Shown piece after piece: positions 22,711 to 36,106 of a stretch of 64,000 nt of DNA. Where the stretch lies: positions 24,428,001-24,492,000 of the forward strand of contig OX597839.1 in assembly GCA_951406725.2 (NCBI GenBank). Direction: 5' to 3'. Below the pieces are notes generated by a model. That model worked only from the letters and a program-made list of their open reading frames with translations, ran no database searches and had not been told where the DNA came from. The DNA is from Octopus vulgaris (Eukaryota). Position 1 is the first letter of the stretch. Each line of letters begins with the position of its first letter. Both the position numbers and the translations under genes were made by a program.

Positions 22711-24326
22711 ATATATTTTTTGTTACACGTTGCATGTAAACGCATGCATCTTTCCACATACGTTGTTCAGGCACACGTGTACATCCATACACTCACCTAT
22801 CCACACTCTACCGACATTACATAAACACACGTTTGGCAATCAATCCTGCCTGCCAATCAATATCTATCTGGCCATTACAGATGAAAGGAAGAAGCAAGCT
22901 GAAGAATGGTAATTTGAGCTCCACAAAGGCAAAGATTTTGTCGGAGCGGGGGGGGGGGGTCCCCTCCCCACACCTTTTATATTTTTATTTTTTATCGTTT
23001 TTTTATTTTATCCCTTAAGTTATTTTCTATGTAAAAAAGACAAAATAACAGCGAGAGGGCAAGACCGGGGGGGGGGAAGAAGAAGAAGAAAAAGTCACTT
23101 TTTACATAACATCAATGAAAAGATACCAAAAAAAAAAATTATTTGATACCAAAAAAATAAAAACAAAGAAGAAAAAAAAAAAGGAAGTTGGATGGGGTGC
23201 GGTGGGGAGGGTCGGGAGAAGGTGATCAAGGGAAGAAAGAAAGGTTTTTATGATGAAAAAACATTGCGAAGGGAGGTGGGGGGTGGAAGGTGGGGGGGAG
23301 ATAGTTTTGTTCGGTAACATTGAAATTGGAGTGTAATGGTCTGGTTTGGTCAGTTAAAAGTTGAGAGGTTAATGGGGTAACTTACTTCACACACACACAC
23401 ACACACACACACACTGGTTCTATCACACACACACATATTCTATCATTCACACATATACACACACACACAAACAAGAAAGTCTTGCTCAAACACATTATTT
23501 TCTCACACACACCAGAAAGGTCTGCTCTCTCTCATACACACAGGAAATTCTTTCTCTCTCATACTAACACACACACACACATCCCTGTCTGTCTGTCTGT
23601 CTCATATACACACACAAAGAAAAGTCTTGCTTTAGCACACAATTCTCTCTCTTTATCTCTCACACACACACACACACACACAAGAACGCCATCCCCTTTC
23701 ATTCACAGGTATTTCTCACATTCAGTTCATACTCTTCCCCTCTCTCATACACACCTTTTTCTCACACAAACACACACCAGAAAGTCTTCCTCTATCACAC
23801 ACATACAACCATCCCTCTTTCACACACACACCGCTTCCTTTAAACAGTAAAAAAAAGGGGGCTTGTGAACACAACCTTCACTCTTGACTAAAACAATAAA
23901 AAAAAAAGGGACCATAAACAAACCCTTAGGTCTCCAAAACATTGAAAGCAAAATCCTTCTCTCCCTAACTAAACCGGTTAAAAACAGGGGTTATGAAACA
24001 GCCCTTCTCTCCAAAACATGACTACAACCCTTCTCTCTGAAATCTAGAACACTGTCACTGCTGCTTCCTCACTCAACAAAACTCAGAGCAAGACTCAGAG
24101 GGCAAAAACAAATGGTCAACATTCATAAGAAGGCCACAGGTGTAGCCATGGCTGCGTGGTAAGATGTTTGCTTCCTAACCACATGGTTCTGGGTTCAGTC
24201 CCACTGCATTGCCCCCTGGGCAAGTGGCTTCTACTATAGCCTTGGGCCAACTGAAAGCCTTGCGAGTTGATTTGGTAAACACAAACAGAAAAAACCCTAG
24301 AGTGCATAATTGTATGTGTGTATGTA

Positions 24327-24366
<40 letters not shown>

Positions 24367-24805
24367 AACACACATGTGTGGGTGTGGATGTGTGGTAGGA
24401 AGCTTGTTTACCAACCACATGGTTCCGGGTTCAGTTGCACAGCATGGCACTTTGGGCAAGTGTCTTCTACTATAGCCTTGGGCTGAGCAGATTTCGTAGA
24501 TGGAAACTGAAAGAAACCTATCATACATGTGTGTGTGTGTGTGTGTGTTTGTGCTACACTACCGCTTGACAACCGGTATTGGTGGGTTTACATCCTGCGA
24601 CTGGGTAGTTCAGCAAGAAGTGACTAATAAAATAACAGGCTCTAAAAAAGTAGTAGTAGTAGTAGTAGCAGTGGTGGTGGTGGTGGTGGTGGTGGTGTTG
24701 AGTTGATTCGTGGGAGTGAAATTTCTCCAAAGCCAGAAAGTAGAATGACCCCCAGAGTTATTACATTTCAAAAGAAAAGGTGACAGCTCAAGGCTGCAGA
24801 AGAGA

Positions 24806-24865
24806 ATGGGAGACCATGGGATGGGAGACCATGGGATGGGAGACCATGGGATGGGAGACCATGGG
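24806..24865. repeat. Perfect 15-bp tandem (ATGGGAGACCATGGG)x4
   Basis: Direct reading; followed by a G run. Confidence 0.95.
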
Positions 24866-25477
24866 GGGGGGGGGGATGATTCCAATCAAAATCACTTCCT
24901 TCTTGGAAACCTATCCTCCCAGCCTCTCTCTCTCTCTCTCTCTCTCTCTCGAAATGATAATAACAGACCAAATTCTTAATTTCAATCTGGTTGGTGATAC
25001 AGCCACAGATAGAAAAAGCCGGGGTATTTATTTATATTAATTAATCTTCTCCTTAAGCATGTTTACAGCACTTGCATTAAGCTGGATTTAGAGAAGAAAA
25101 GAGAAAAAAAAATACAAAAAAGAAAGAAAAAAAACCACTTGATAATTTAATTAAGACGTTATTAAAAAGTCTCTTTTTTTTTTTTTCCCCTTATATTCTT
25201 TATTTCTGTATTTAATCGAGGAATGCTAGCAGCCCAACTGAAATCAACAAATAATCCACCCACCCACACCCACACCACACCCCGCCATCTCGGCTTTACT
25301 CAGATCCTGTCTTTCCCATTACGATAAAGCAATAAGCTTCTCTGCGTGTTACCCCCCCCCCACGTCCCCGTCAGCTCTATTAAAATAGAACCCAAAGCAG
25401 GACCATCCCATCGCTTTTCATAGCAACAACTCCAATGGTTAATTTTCCAGGAGATGAAGGAGGGGGGGGGATTACCA

Positions 25478-25865
25478 CTGTGTGGAGAGTAAGGGTCACC
25501 AAGACAGTGGGGTGGATGGGTTACCACAGCATGGAGAATGGCAGTTACCATGACAGCAGAGGGTTACTACAGCATGGAGATTAAGGATTAAGGGTCACCA
25601 AGACAGTGGAGTGGATGGGTTACCACAGCATGGAGAATGGCAGTTACCATGACAGCAGGGGGTTACTACAGCATGGAGATTAAGGATTACAATAGTATGG
25701 AGAGTAAGGATTACCAAGAAAGTAGGGGGGGTCAACACAACATGAAGAGTAGCAGTTACCATGACAGTAGGGGGTTATCACAGCATGGAGTGCAAGGGTT
25801 ACTATGACATTAAAGGCTTACTACAGCATGGAGAGTTTGGGTTACCAAGACATGGAGAGTAGGAG
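25478..25865. repeat. Degenerate minisatellite (CAGCATGGAGA...GGTTAC)
   Basis: Recurring CAGCATGGAG and GGGTTAC motifs with one ~99-bp higher-order duplication. Confidence 0.8.
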
Positions 25866-25921
25866 TAACGAAAGTGGAGTGGAATATGCCATGGTAGAAA
25901 TAATGGAGGTTAGAACTTTAA

Positions 25922-26142
25922 CCCTTTAGCATTTAAGCCGGCCATATCCGGCCAAAAGTATTCTGCCTGTTTTATGTTCAAACTGGCCAGGTCTGGTCTC
26001 TCACACCAGCCCTACAATGTCGTTTTAAAAATTAACAGCTACCTCATCAAAATCTCATAGCACCAAGATAATGCCTGATTAGTTCAAGGCAATGTGGATA
26101 AAAAAGGATTAATTTTGGCAGAATAATGCGAACACTAAAGGG
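25922..26142 (+). mobile_element. piggyBac-type MITE family 1 (221 bp)
   Basis: TTAA TSD, CCCTTTAG TIR. Confidence 0.85.
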
Positions 26143-26257
26143 TTAAAAGATGGATGAAATGCCACTAAGCATTTGGCCCAGCGTAACACCACTGAATGAA
26201 TAGCATGTTTAGCCATGCCTCATGGACATGATTACAAAGGCATTGTCACAGAGAATG

Positions 26258-26480
26258 ATTATCTTTACTACCCACAAGGGGCTAAACACAGAGAGGACAA
26301 ACAAGGACAGACAAACGGATTAAGTTGATTATATCGACCCCAGTGCGTAACTGGTACTTATTTAATCGACCCCAAAAGGATGAAAGGCAAAGTCGACCGC
26401 GGCGGAATTTGAACTCAGAACGAAATACTGCTAAGCATTTCGCCCGGCGTGTTAACGTTTCTGCCAGCTCGCCACCTTAT
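26258..26480 (-). mobile_element. SINE family C (Deu/Nin-domain-like) with 17-bp TSD
   Basis: TSD CATTGTCACAGAGAATG at 26241-57 and 26481-97; minus strand GAGTTCAAATTCC B box and GCCTTTCATCCTTTTGGGGTCGATTAAATAAGTACCAG block. Confidence 0.85.
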
Positions 26481-26653
26481 CATTGTCACAGAGAATGGTA
26501 AGCAACAGTGAGACTCTCTGCAGCAGGAATCCCACCTTCAGCTGTCTCATTTCTGAAGGGTTGCAGCGACCCTAATTCTGTGCTCTTTTCTTCCTGTAAA
26601 AAAAAGTTGCTAAGAGAAAACATGGAACAAAGTCAACGAAAGCTGGTACTCAC

Positions 26654-27101
26654 CTCCGGCTTTGTAGATTACATCCTCAAACGTAAAAGAAATCACTTCG
26701 TCCCCCCGTCGTAAAATGGTCCCGGTTTTGGTTTTACCATTCTTCTTGGTCGGCTGTATGATAAAGGTAATTTCCTCAGCCTCATCGCTATCCTCTCCAC
26801 TGGTAACTGGATGCCCATTCTCGGCTTTGTTTTCCTGAGATTTCCGAGTCGTTCGCTGCGAGCCCCCAGACCCATCGGTCGTCTGGTTAGAGGAGGGGCA
26901 GCTGACCGGTGGCGGCGGCAGCGGCGGTTGTGGTTGTTGCTGTTGTTGTTGTTGTTGCTGTTGTTGGCTGCTATTGCTGCTGCTACTGTTGCTGCTGCTG
27001 CTATTGTTGTTGTTGTTGTTGTTGTTACTACTGGAGTTTACCATTGAGTTGTTTTTGTTGTTATTGTTGATGTCTTGTGTATTTTTCTGATATGGCCCCA
27101 T
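26654..27101 (-). CDS. First coding exon of a probable SLC22/MFS-type transporter gene (exon 26654-27154 including 53 nt of 5'UTR; 149 codons + 1 nt, phase-1 intron follows)
   Basis: Minus-strand acceptor ttttttcttcttttgtttcAG|GTCC at 27155/27154; in-frame TAG immediately before ATG 27101; donor GGAG|GTGAGT at 26654/26653. The non-repetitive part ends ...RRGDEVISFTFEDVIYKAG(G/E...), matching the FeDvl..vGgFGrfQ N-terminal motif of SLC22/SV2-type transporters. The exon itself is well supported; the family call rests on one short motif. No next exon found in the window. Confidence 0.72.
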
Positions 27102-27244
27102 CTAGCTGAGAGATGGAACACACTCTAAACTAGTACGACATTAGACCAAAGGACCTGAAACAAAAGAAGAAAAAAAACAAGGATAATTAATCGTTTAACA
27201 TTCAAATTAATCTGCTTAATGTAATTTGCATTTTATCATTTATT

Positions 27245-28143
27245 TGTTTGCCCTTTGGACTGTGGCCATGCTGGAGCACCACCTTGAGAAATTTGTAATT
27301 GAATCTACTGACCCCAGTACTTATATTTTTTATGAGCATGGTACTTATTCTATCAGTCTCTTTTGCCAAGCCGCCAAGTTACAGGGATGTAAACACACCA
27401 GCACCGGTTGTCAAACAGAAACTCACACACACACACTTATATAAAACAGGTTTCCACACAGTTTCTGCCTACCAAATCCATTCTCAAAGCATTGGTCAGC
27501 CCGTGGCTACAGAAGACACTCATTCAGGGTGCCCTGCGGTGGGACTGAACTCAAAACCAACGTGGTTACAAAGCAAACGTCTTAACCACAAAACCACGTC
27601 TACACCTAATCATTTATCTTTTACATGTTTCCATCATTAAACTGGGACCATGCTGGGGCACCACCTTGAAGAATTTTTAGCTGAATGAACAGACCCCAGC
27701 ATGTGTATTTTTTTGTTAAGCCTGATACTTATTCTATCAATATCTTTTGCTGAACTGATAAGTTACGAGGACGTAAACACACCAACACCGGTTGTCAAGC
27801 AATGGTGGGGGACAAACACAAAGACACACAAGATATATATAATGTACTGTTCCATGACGACTAAGCCGAGATGATAGGCTTGTTATAAAACTTTGGCATG
27901 TTCTCAGCACAACAAACTATTAGTAACACATAAAAATATGTATTGTGTCTATTAAATTATACATATGTGTGTGTGTGTGTATGGCGTGATTCTTTCAGTT
28001 TCCATCTGCCAAATCCACTCCAGAGGCTTTGTTCAGCATGGGGCTATAGTAGAAGAACTTGCCTAAGGTGCCACATATTGGGACTGAACCCCAAACCACA
28101 TGGCATGGAAACACACTTCTTAACCACACAGCTATGTCTACAC
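27245..28143 (-). mobile_element. Cluster of older SINE family A copies
   Basis: Reverse-complement matches at 27245-27605, 27617-27830, 27990-28143. Confidence 0.75.
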
Positions 28144-28771
28144 CTAATCTTCTCTAATCTTTCATTAATACTGATAGATTAATTCCACAGCTCACGAACA
28201 AGAATGCTTGCTAAACCATTACCTGATAATTCTTACTAAATATAGACTAGCTATATCATCTTGTGCGAAATACTCAATATATCTTCATTCAGTGTGATAC
28301 ACTGGATATATCACACAACACGATAATGTTTGTGTGCAATATCGCTTCAATTCCAATCACATATTGAATTTAGATAGAATCTTATTGTCTCGCTATCAAT
28401 TTACCAAGATATCTATATAGCTGGGTGTAAAATCAAGGAGATCTGATAGTAGGAAAATATGTTTATAGCTTGTGAATCAAGTATATTTATTTTATTGTGA
28501 TAAAATATGTACATAGTGAGTTGTGATATCCAGCATAGTGTATTGTGATAAAGTGTATATCTCACTCCAACAACTATTATATATTTAAATTCTGACAGAT
28601 ACACACCAGATTGAAATATATGTATAAATATATATCTCAATTGGTGATAACATATGATATTACATAAACAATAAAGATATCATATATGTTCTTGATCATG
28701 GTGTGTGTGTGTATGTGTGTGTTTGATACGTGTTAAGTCACACAGTTATGCAGCTAAGTTGTACATACACA

Positions 28772-28817
<46 letters not shown>

Positions 28818-28999
28818 TACACACATACATATATGTACACACACGTGTACACAGATATATACATACACACACATATATTACATACACACATACATACAGA
28901 TATATATATATACATACATACACATATATATATATAAATATATATATATAAATATACATACAGAGATATATACATACACAGATATATATATACATACAC

Positions 29000-29040
<41 letters not shown>

Positions 29041-29315
29041 CACAGATATATATACATACAGATATATATATATATACACACACACATACATATGTACATA
29101 GATATACATACACACATGTGCACATAGATACATACACACACACACATACCCAAACAACTATATATATATAAATATATATAAATATGTGTGTATGTGTGTG
29201 TCTATATACACACACATTTTACACAAGCAAAGTCTCTTTTGCCAAATCAACATTACATTCTCTGAAATGAAACTCTATATATATTCAATATATATCTCTC
29301 TCATACACACACACA

Positions 29316-29373
<58 letters not shown>

Positions 29374-29525
29374 GAGTATCTTTTGCAAGGACAGTGTATA
29401 ATCACATTCTTTGATATGAAACAGTATGTATATCCCTTCGTGATATCAACTGTCTTCATATGTTATAACACATAGCCCCCATTATGCCATCATCACAATA
29501 CACACACATCATGCATGTGTATGAT

Positions 29526-29575
<50 letters not shown>

Positions 29576-29759
29576 TGAGTGCAGCTATCAAAATAGAGAT
29601 TCTTTGAAACAAACAAGAGAAAAAAACAAAAATTAAAGTAGCTAAAAATAAAGAAAGACAAAATATGGTTTCATGTGTTACAGCAATAAATTTAATTATT
29701 ACAATATGAAGAACAGATAGCAGACATAATAATAATGGAGAAAGAGAGGAAGAGAGAGA

Positions 29760-29805
<46 letters not shown>

Positions 29806-29969
29806 CAAGGGGGAGTGAGAGAGGTAGCAGAATTTTAAAAGGAGGAAGAGTGGGAGGTAGAAAATTTTAGAGGGGTGGGGAGAACTGCAAAATGTTAGAA
29901 AGAAGAGAGAGGGAGAGAGATACATGAAGTTAAGAGAGAGGGGGGAGAAAGACACAAAATGTTAGGAAG

Positions 29970-30003
<34 letters not shown>

Positions 30004-30357
30004 GATACAAGGAGTTAGGAAGGAGGGGGACAGAGCAGAGTGTGACAAAGTGTACAAGGGGGAGGTAGATGTACACACACACATTAAAGAGGAGGAGGTG
30101 GAGGAGGAGGAAGATATAGTGGATGGCTGAGGGAGAGAGGGGGTACGGTAGATCTACAGACTTGGATGGAGAAGAGGAAGTGGAGGGTGGAGTAGATGTT
30201 TGAGGCGGGGGTGGTGGGGGTGAAAGTTAGGGGGAGGGAGTAATCATTTACAGCAAAATGGTGTCTATACAGTCCATATATATTCACACACACACACACA
30301 CACATATATACATGCATATACACATACACTCATAGCCACACACAAAAGTATACACAC

Positions 30358-30422
<65 letters not shown>

Positions 30423-30573
30423 CTCGTAAGAACGATGACAGCAAAGATAAGCTGGGTTCCTGAGAGTGGAAGATTACTTAAAATGGTATATGCATGTGTG
30501 AGTGCATATATATATGTGTGTGTGTGTATGTGTATATATATATACACGCACAAACACACACATTTTACTGTTC

Positions 30574-30606
<33 letters not shown>

Positions 30607-30905
30607 TTCACACACACACATGCACAGAAACATATGGCCGGCCCATAAGTCTGCCAGATTTCTCACACATAAAACATCTTCAGACACTGACTTGCTTATG
30701 AGGCCCCCCTGTATACACACACGAATTAGATAACATTTAGACACACACACACACAAATATATTTTCTGAAGCTGTGACATAACTACACAGCATGAAAGTA
30801 TAAATGGAAATATTTCACTTGTGATTCATTATGTACATTCGTAGTGCAACATCAAGTATTTAAAGAATAAGTTCTCACAATATATATATGTGTGTATATA
30901 TATAT

Positions 30906-31184
30906 ATTTCTTTACTACCCACAAGGGGCCAAACAAGGACAGACAAAGGGATAAAGTAGATCATATCGACCCCAGTGCGTAACTGGTACTTATTTAATCG
31001 ACCCCAAAAGGATGAAAGGCAAAGTCGACCTCGGCGGGATTTGAACTCAGAACGTAACGGTAGACGAAATACGGCTACGCATTTCACCCTGGCGTGCTAA
31101 CGCGTAGCCGTATTTCGTCTACCGTTACGTTCTGAGTTCAAATTCCGCCAAGGTCGACTTTGCCTTTCATCCTTGAAAGGCAAA
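30906..31184 (-). mobile_element. SINE family C copy with fold-back inversion
   Basis: 30906-31101 reverse copy; 31102-31174 inverted duplicate of 31009-31080. Confidence 0.8.
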
Positions 31185-31779
31185 CATGTGTGTGTGTATA
31201 TATATATATGTGTGTGCGGGTGGCACATAAAAAGCACCCACTACACTCACGGAGTGGTTGGCATTAGGAAGGGCATCCAGCCGTAGAAACACTGCCAGAT
31301 CTGACTGGGCCTGATGAAGCCTTCCAGCTTCACAGACCCCAGTTGAACAGTCCAACCCATGCTAGCATGGAAAACGGACGCTAAATGATGATGATGATGA
31401 TGATGATATATATATAACATGTGTGTGTGTGTATATATATATATATGTTATGTATATAAAATCCAAAAAGGTATGTAGAAACAGATGATAAATATTTCTA
31501 GACTCTGATACACAGAGTGTATATTTTCACAAACACACACACATGCATGCCCACTATGCAGATTAATTATATAGGCCTACTGGATCAGGGCCAACTTGGA
31601 GCCACAACATCAGGTCTAATCCTGGCCTGCTTGGGAGAGAAAACCACAGAGCAAGGGCTGGAAGGTCAGTCACACTGATAAAACTGTTTCTAATAAAAGA
31701 CCATAAGCAGTGCCAGGATAAAAATACCGGTCAGTTTTTTGTGTTTGGATAAGACTCCTTCTCGGATCATACAAACTCA

Positions 31780-31990
31780 TATGGCTGGTTTCCTGGTTTC
31801 TCTGGCACAGATGCTCCTTACCAGGACAGCACGCTGGTCTGGCACAAGGTCACTCATTTTTGCAGGCTGAGTGGCTTGAAGCAATGTGAAACGAAGGTTT
31901 TTTGTTCATGAACACAACACATCGCCCAGGTCCAGGAATTGAAAACACAATTTTACAATCACAAATCCAATACTCTAACCACTAAGCCAC
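31780..31990 (-). mobile_element. Old CORE-like tRNA SINE (family E)
   Basis: Minus strand GTGGCTTAGTGGTTAGAGT...TTCAATTCCTGG head; relatives at 16785-16920 (-) and 36110-36370 (+). Confidence 0.6.
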
Positions 31991-32145
31991 AACAGAGCTG
32001 GCAAAGTTGTACATGTTATATGGAGCAACATACAGGTTGGTGAGAAGAAGAGCATCTGACAGTAAAACACAAAACAAGGCCTCAACAATAGGTATTGACC
32101 TAAACCATGCTAGTATGGACAGACAGTTGTAAAACAATCTAATCT

Positions 32146-32191
<46 letters not shown>

Positions 32192-32386
32192 ATCATCATC
32201 ATCATTTAGCGTCCGTTTTCCATGCTAGCATGGGTTGGACGGTTCAACTGGGGTCTGTGAAGCCGGAAGGCTTCATCAGGCCCAGTCAGATCTGGCAGTG
32301 TTTCTACGGCTGGATGCCCTTCCTAACGCCAACCACTCCGTGAGTGTAGTGGGTGCTTTTACGTGCACATATATATATATATGTGT

Positions 32387-32670
32387 GTGGAGGCGCAATG
32401 GCCCAGTGGTTAGGGCAGCAGACTTGCAGTCGTAGGATCGCGGTTTCGATTCCCAGGCCGAGCGTTGTGAGTGTTTATTGAGCGAAAACACCTGAAGCTC
32501 CACGAGGCTCCGGCTGGGGGTGGTGGCAAACCCTACTCTTTCGCCACAACTTTCTCTCACTCTTTCTTCTGTTGGCCTGCTCGCTTAGCCAGCAGGGTGG
32601 CGTCATTTGAAGGCTAAAACAATGTGAAGCGCATTGTGACCAGCGATGTGTAGCAACATCTGATAGCCAG
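32387..32670 (+). mobile_element. SINE family D copy
   Basis: Colinear with 8692-8986. Confidence 0.8.
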
Positions 32671-32869
32671 ATACATACACACAAGAGCAGGCATGGCTGT
32701 ATGGTAAGATGTTTGCTTCCCAACTACAGGGTTCTGGGTTCAGTCTCATTGTGTGATACCTTGTATTTTAGCCCCAAATTAACCAAAGCCTTGAGAAAAT
32801 TTGATAGACAGAAACTGAAAGAAGCTCCTCATGTGCATGTATGTGTGTGTGTTTATATATATATATATT

Positions 32870-33655
32870 CTTTTACTTGTTTCAGTCATTTGACTGTGGC
32901 CATGCTGGAGTACTGCCTTGTAGTCAAAGAAATCGACCCCAGGACTTATTCTTTGAAAGCCCGGTACTTATTCTATCAGTCTCTTTTGCCAAACCATTAA
33001 GTTACAGGGATGTAAACACACCAACATCGGTTGTCAAGCAATGGTTGTGGGACAAACACACTCACAAATATACAAATATATATGATGGGATTCTTTACAG
33101 TTTCCATCAACGAAATCCACTCACAAGGCTTTAGTCAGCCCAAGGCTATAGTAGAAGATACTGCCCAAGGCGCCACGCAATAGGACTGAACCCGGAACCA
33201 TGTGGTTGGGAAGCAAGCTTCTTACCACACAGCCACACATATATATATATATATATACATATGTATCTTTAATTTCAGTAATTAGACTGTGGCCATACTG
33301 GAGTACTGCTTTGAAGGATTATAGTAGAAGGAATCAACTGCAGTACTGTTTTGAAAACCTAGTACTTATTCTATCAGTATCTTTTGCCAAACTGCTAAGT
33401 TACAAGAAGGTAAACACACAACACTGGTTGTCAAGCAGTGGTGGCAAACAAACACACACACATATATGTACATGCGTGTGTGTGGTGTGTGTGTGTACAA
33501 TGGGCTGTCTTCATTTTCCATCAACCAAATCCACTCACATGGCTTTGGTCAACCTGATGCTATAAAAGAAGACATTTGCCCAAGGTGCAACACAGTGGGA
33601 CTGAACCCAGAATATATACGTTGAGAAGCAAATCTCCTCACCATTCAGCCATATT
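32870..33655 (-). mobile_element. Two SINE family A copies
   Basis: 32870-33238 and 33270-33655; others at 2190-2520, 7250-7625, 17985-18257, 34441-34837, 40540-40920. Confidence 0.8.
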
Positions 33656-34637
33656 GCATCTTTGATGTTCTCTTCATATTTACTACTAAGAAAACAGACT
33701 GGAGCTGACCTGGGGTTACACAACAACCACCTCTCCATGAACCAATCAAAGTGCATTTGACCTGCTAGAAATGGCAACCAAATTTCCATGAAATCATACA
33801 CATTACAATCTTTAAAAAATACGGTAAAAGGGCACTCTGGACAATGTATCCCTAGATACACTAAGTCAGAAAACTATGAGAAAAAGAAAACAAATGGATG
33901 TAATGGGAATGATCCGCTCAATCAAAAGTGGCCTGGGGCTAAAAGAAACCCACCACAGGCACTATCTGACCTGGGGCTAAACAACAACAACCCATTCTAT
34001 AAATTGGGAAGTAACAGGATTAATGGAGCTGAAATAAGTGGGATTAAAGAAATAAAAAGATTATCTAAATCCCTAAGCCAACAACAACTAGCAACATACA
34101 CAGGTGTGCGTAACTGAGTCTCTGTGTGTGTGTGTGTGTATATGTATATCTATGTGTGTGTGTATACATACATGTATATATATCTGTATGTATATGTATC
34201 TATGTATCGATGTGCGCACACATCTATATATATATACACACACACACACACATATACACAGTGTGTGTGAATGCTATGCTATCATACAGAACATAGAATA
34301 TGCGAGAAACAATACTTTCAGTGGTGGTGGTCATAAGATTTAGTAAATGATTTAGGACATAAATGTAGTGTTTTCGAGTACCCTATTTGGATGTGGGTGT
34401 GGGTGTGTGTTTGAATTTACAGGAGAGCATAAATATGTACCTTTCACTTGTTTATGTCATTGGGCTGTGGCCATGCTGGGGCACTGCCTTGAAAACATCT
34501 TAGTCTAAAAAATAGACCCCCAGTCCTTTTAGGGTTTCCAAGATGAGTACTTATTTTATCAGTCTTTACATTAAGTGGCAAGGACATAAACACACCAACC
34601 AGAAGACACACATATACACATACATACATACACATAT

Positions 34638-34672
<35 letters not shown>

Positions 34673-35272
34673 CATGATGGGCTTCTTTCACTTTCCATCT
34701 CCCAAATCCACTCACATGGCTTTGGTCAGCCCAAGGCCACAGTAAAAAACATTTGCCCAAGGTACCACACAGTAGGACTGAACCGTGAACCATGTGGTTG
34801 GGAGACCAGCTTCTTACCACAAGACTATGCCTGCGTCTATACATATATACAGCGGTAATTATGCTTTCAGAATATCACTATTTGGTTGGTCTTCATTATT
34901 ACAACTTGTACACAACTGACTGGGCTTGACTCCACTTATGCGGATACCCTTACAACAATTTCGAGTGGATTGTTACACTTGATTCAAGTAGAAAATCCTG
35001 GTACTGTGCAACCACTTCTGAGCATAAACACAAAACAGACATACATGAGTGTGTGTGTGTGTGTATGCGCGTGTGTGTATGCATACACATGGTTCCAGGT
35101 TCAGTCCCACAGCACGGCACCTTCAGCAAATGTCTTCTACTATAGCCTCAAGCTGACCAAAGCCTTGTGAGTGGATTTGGTAGACAGAAACTAAAAGAGA
35201 TTCATATATATGTGTGTGTGTGTGTGTCTATATATATAAATATATATATATACATGGCCCAGAACATATATA

Positions 35273-35399
35273 TTAGGTTGTCCCAAAAGTTCGTAAACAC
35301 TTGTGAAGATTGACTATAACAATATAAGCCCAAACAAACAATTAAAAATTGCATAAAAATTCAAATTTTCGCAAAGTTTTTACGAACTTTTGGGACAAC
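35273..35399. mobile_element. Mariner-type MITE
   Basis: TA|TTAGGTTGTCCCAAAAGTTCGTAAA ... TTTACGAACTTTTGGGACAAC inverted repeats. Confidence 0.7.
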
Positions 35400-35400
35400 A

Positions 35401-36106
35401 TCATCATCATCATCATCATCGTTTAACGTCCGCCTTCCATGCTAGCATGGGTTGGACGGTTCAACTGGGGTCTGGGAAGCCCGAAGGCTGCACAAGGCCA
35501 GTCAGATGTGGCAGTGTTTCTACAGCTGGATGCCCTTCCTAACGCCAACCACTCCATGGCAAAATGTTTGTGTGTGTGTCCTTCCTATTGCCAACCACTC
35601 CGAGAGTGTAGTGGGTGCTTTTACGTGCCACCGACATGAGGGCCAGTCAGGCGGTACTGGTGACGGCCACATTCAAATGGTGTTTTTTATGTGCCACCTG
35701 CACAAAAGCCAGTCCAGCGTCACTGGCAACGACCTCGCTCAAATGTTTTTCACATGCCATCAGCACAAGTGCCAGAAAGGCGATGCTGGCAACAATCACG
35801 TTCGAATGGTGCTTTTTATGTGCCACCGGCATGGGAGCCAGTCAGCAGCCCTGGCAACAATCATGCTCAGATGGTGCTTTTAACATTCCACTGGCACGGG
35901 TGCCGGTCAGGCGGTGCTGTCATCGATTTTGATTGTGATTTCATTTGCCTCAACAGGTCTTCGCAAGCAACGCATAAGTAGGCTGGTTGCACTGCTGGCA
36001 TAGGTCACAGGGTATGATCTCACTCAGCTTGCCAGGTCTTCTCAAGGATTGCATATTTCCAAAGATCTCGGTCACTGGTCATTGCCTCAGTGAGGCCCAA
36101 TGTTCG
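35401..36106 (-). mobile_element. 5'-truncated RTE-clade LINE: ORF C-terminus + long 3'UTR + (GAT)n tail
   Basis: 36106-36020 reads RTLGLTEAMTSDRDLWKYAILEKTWQAE*, the RTE-type 'gl....a.DR..Wr..v' C-terminus; followed by ~60-bp tandem units and a tail ...GCGGACGTTAAACGATGATGATG. Confidence 0.7.
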
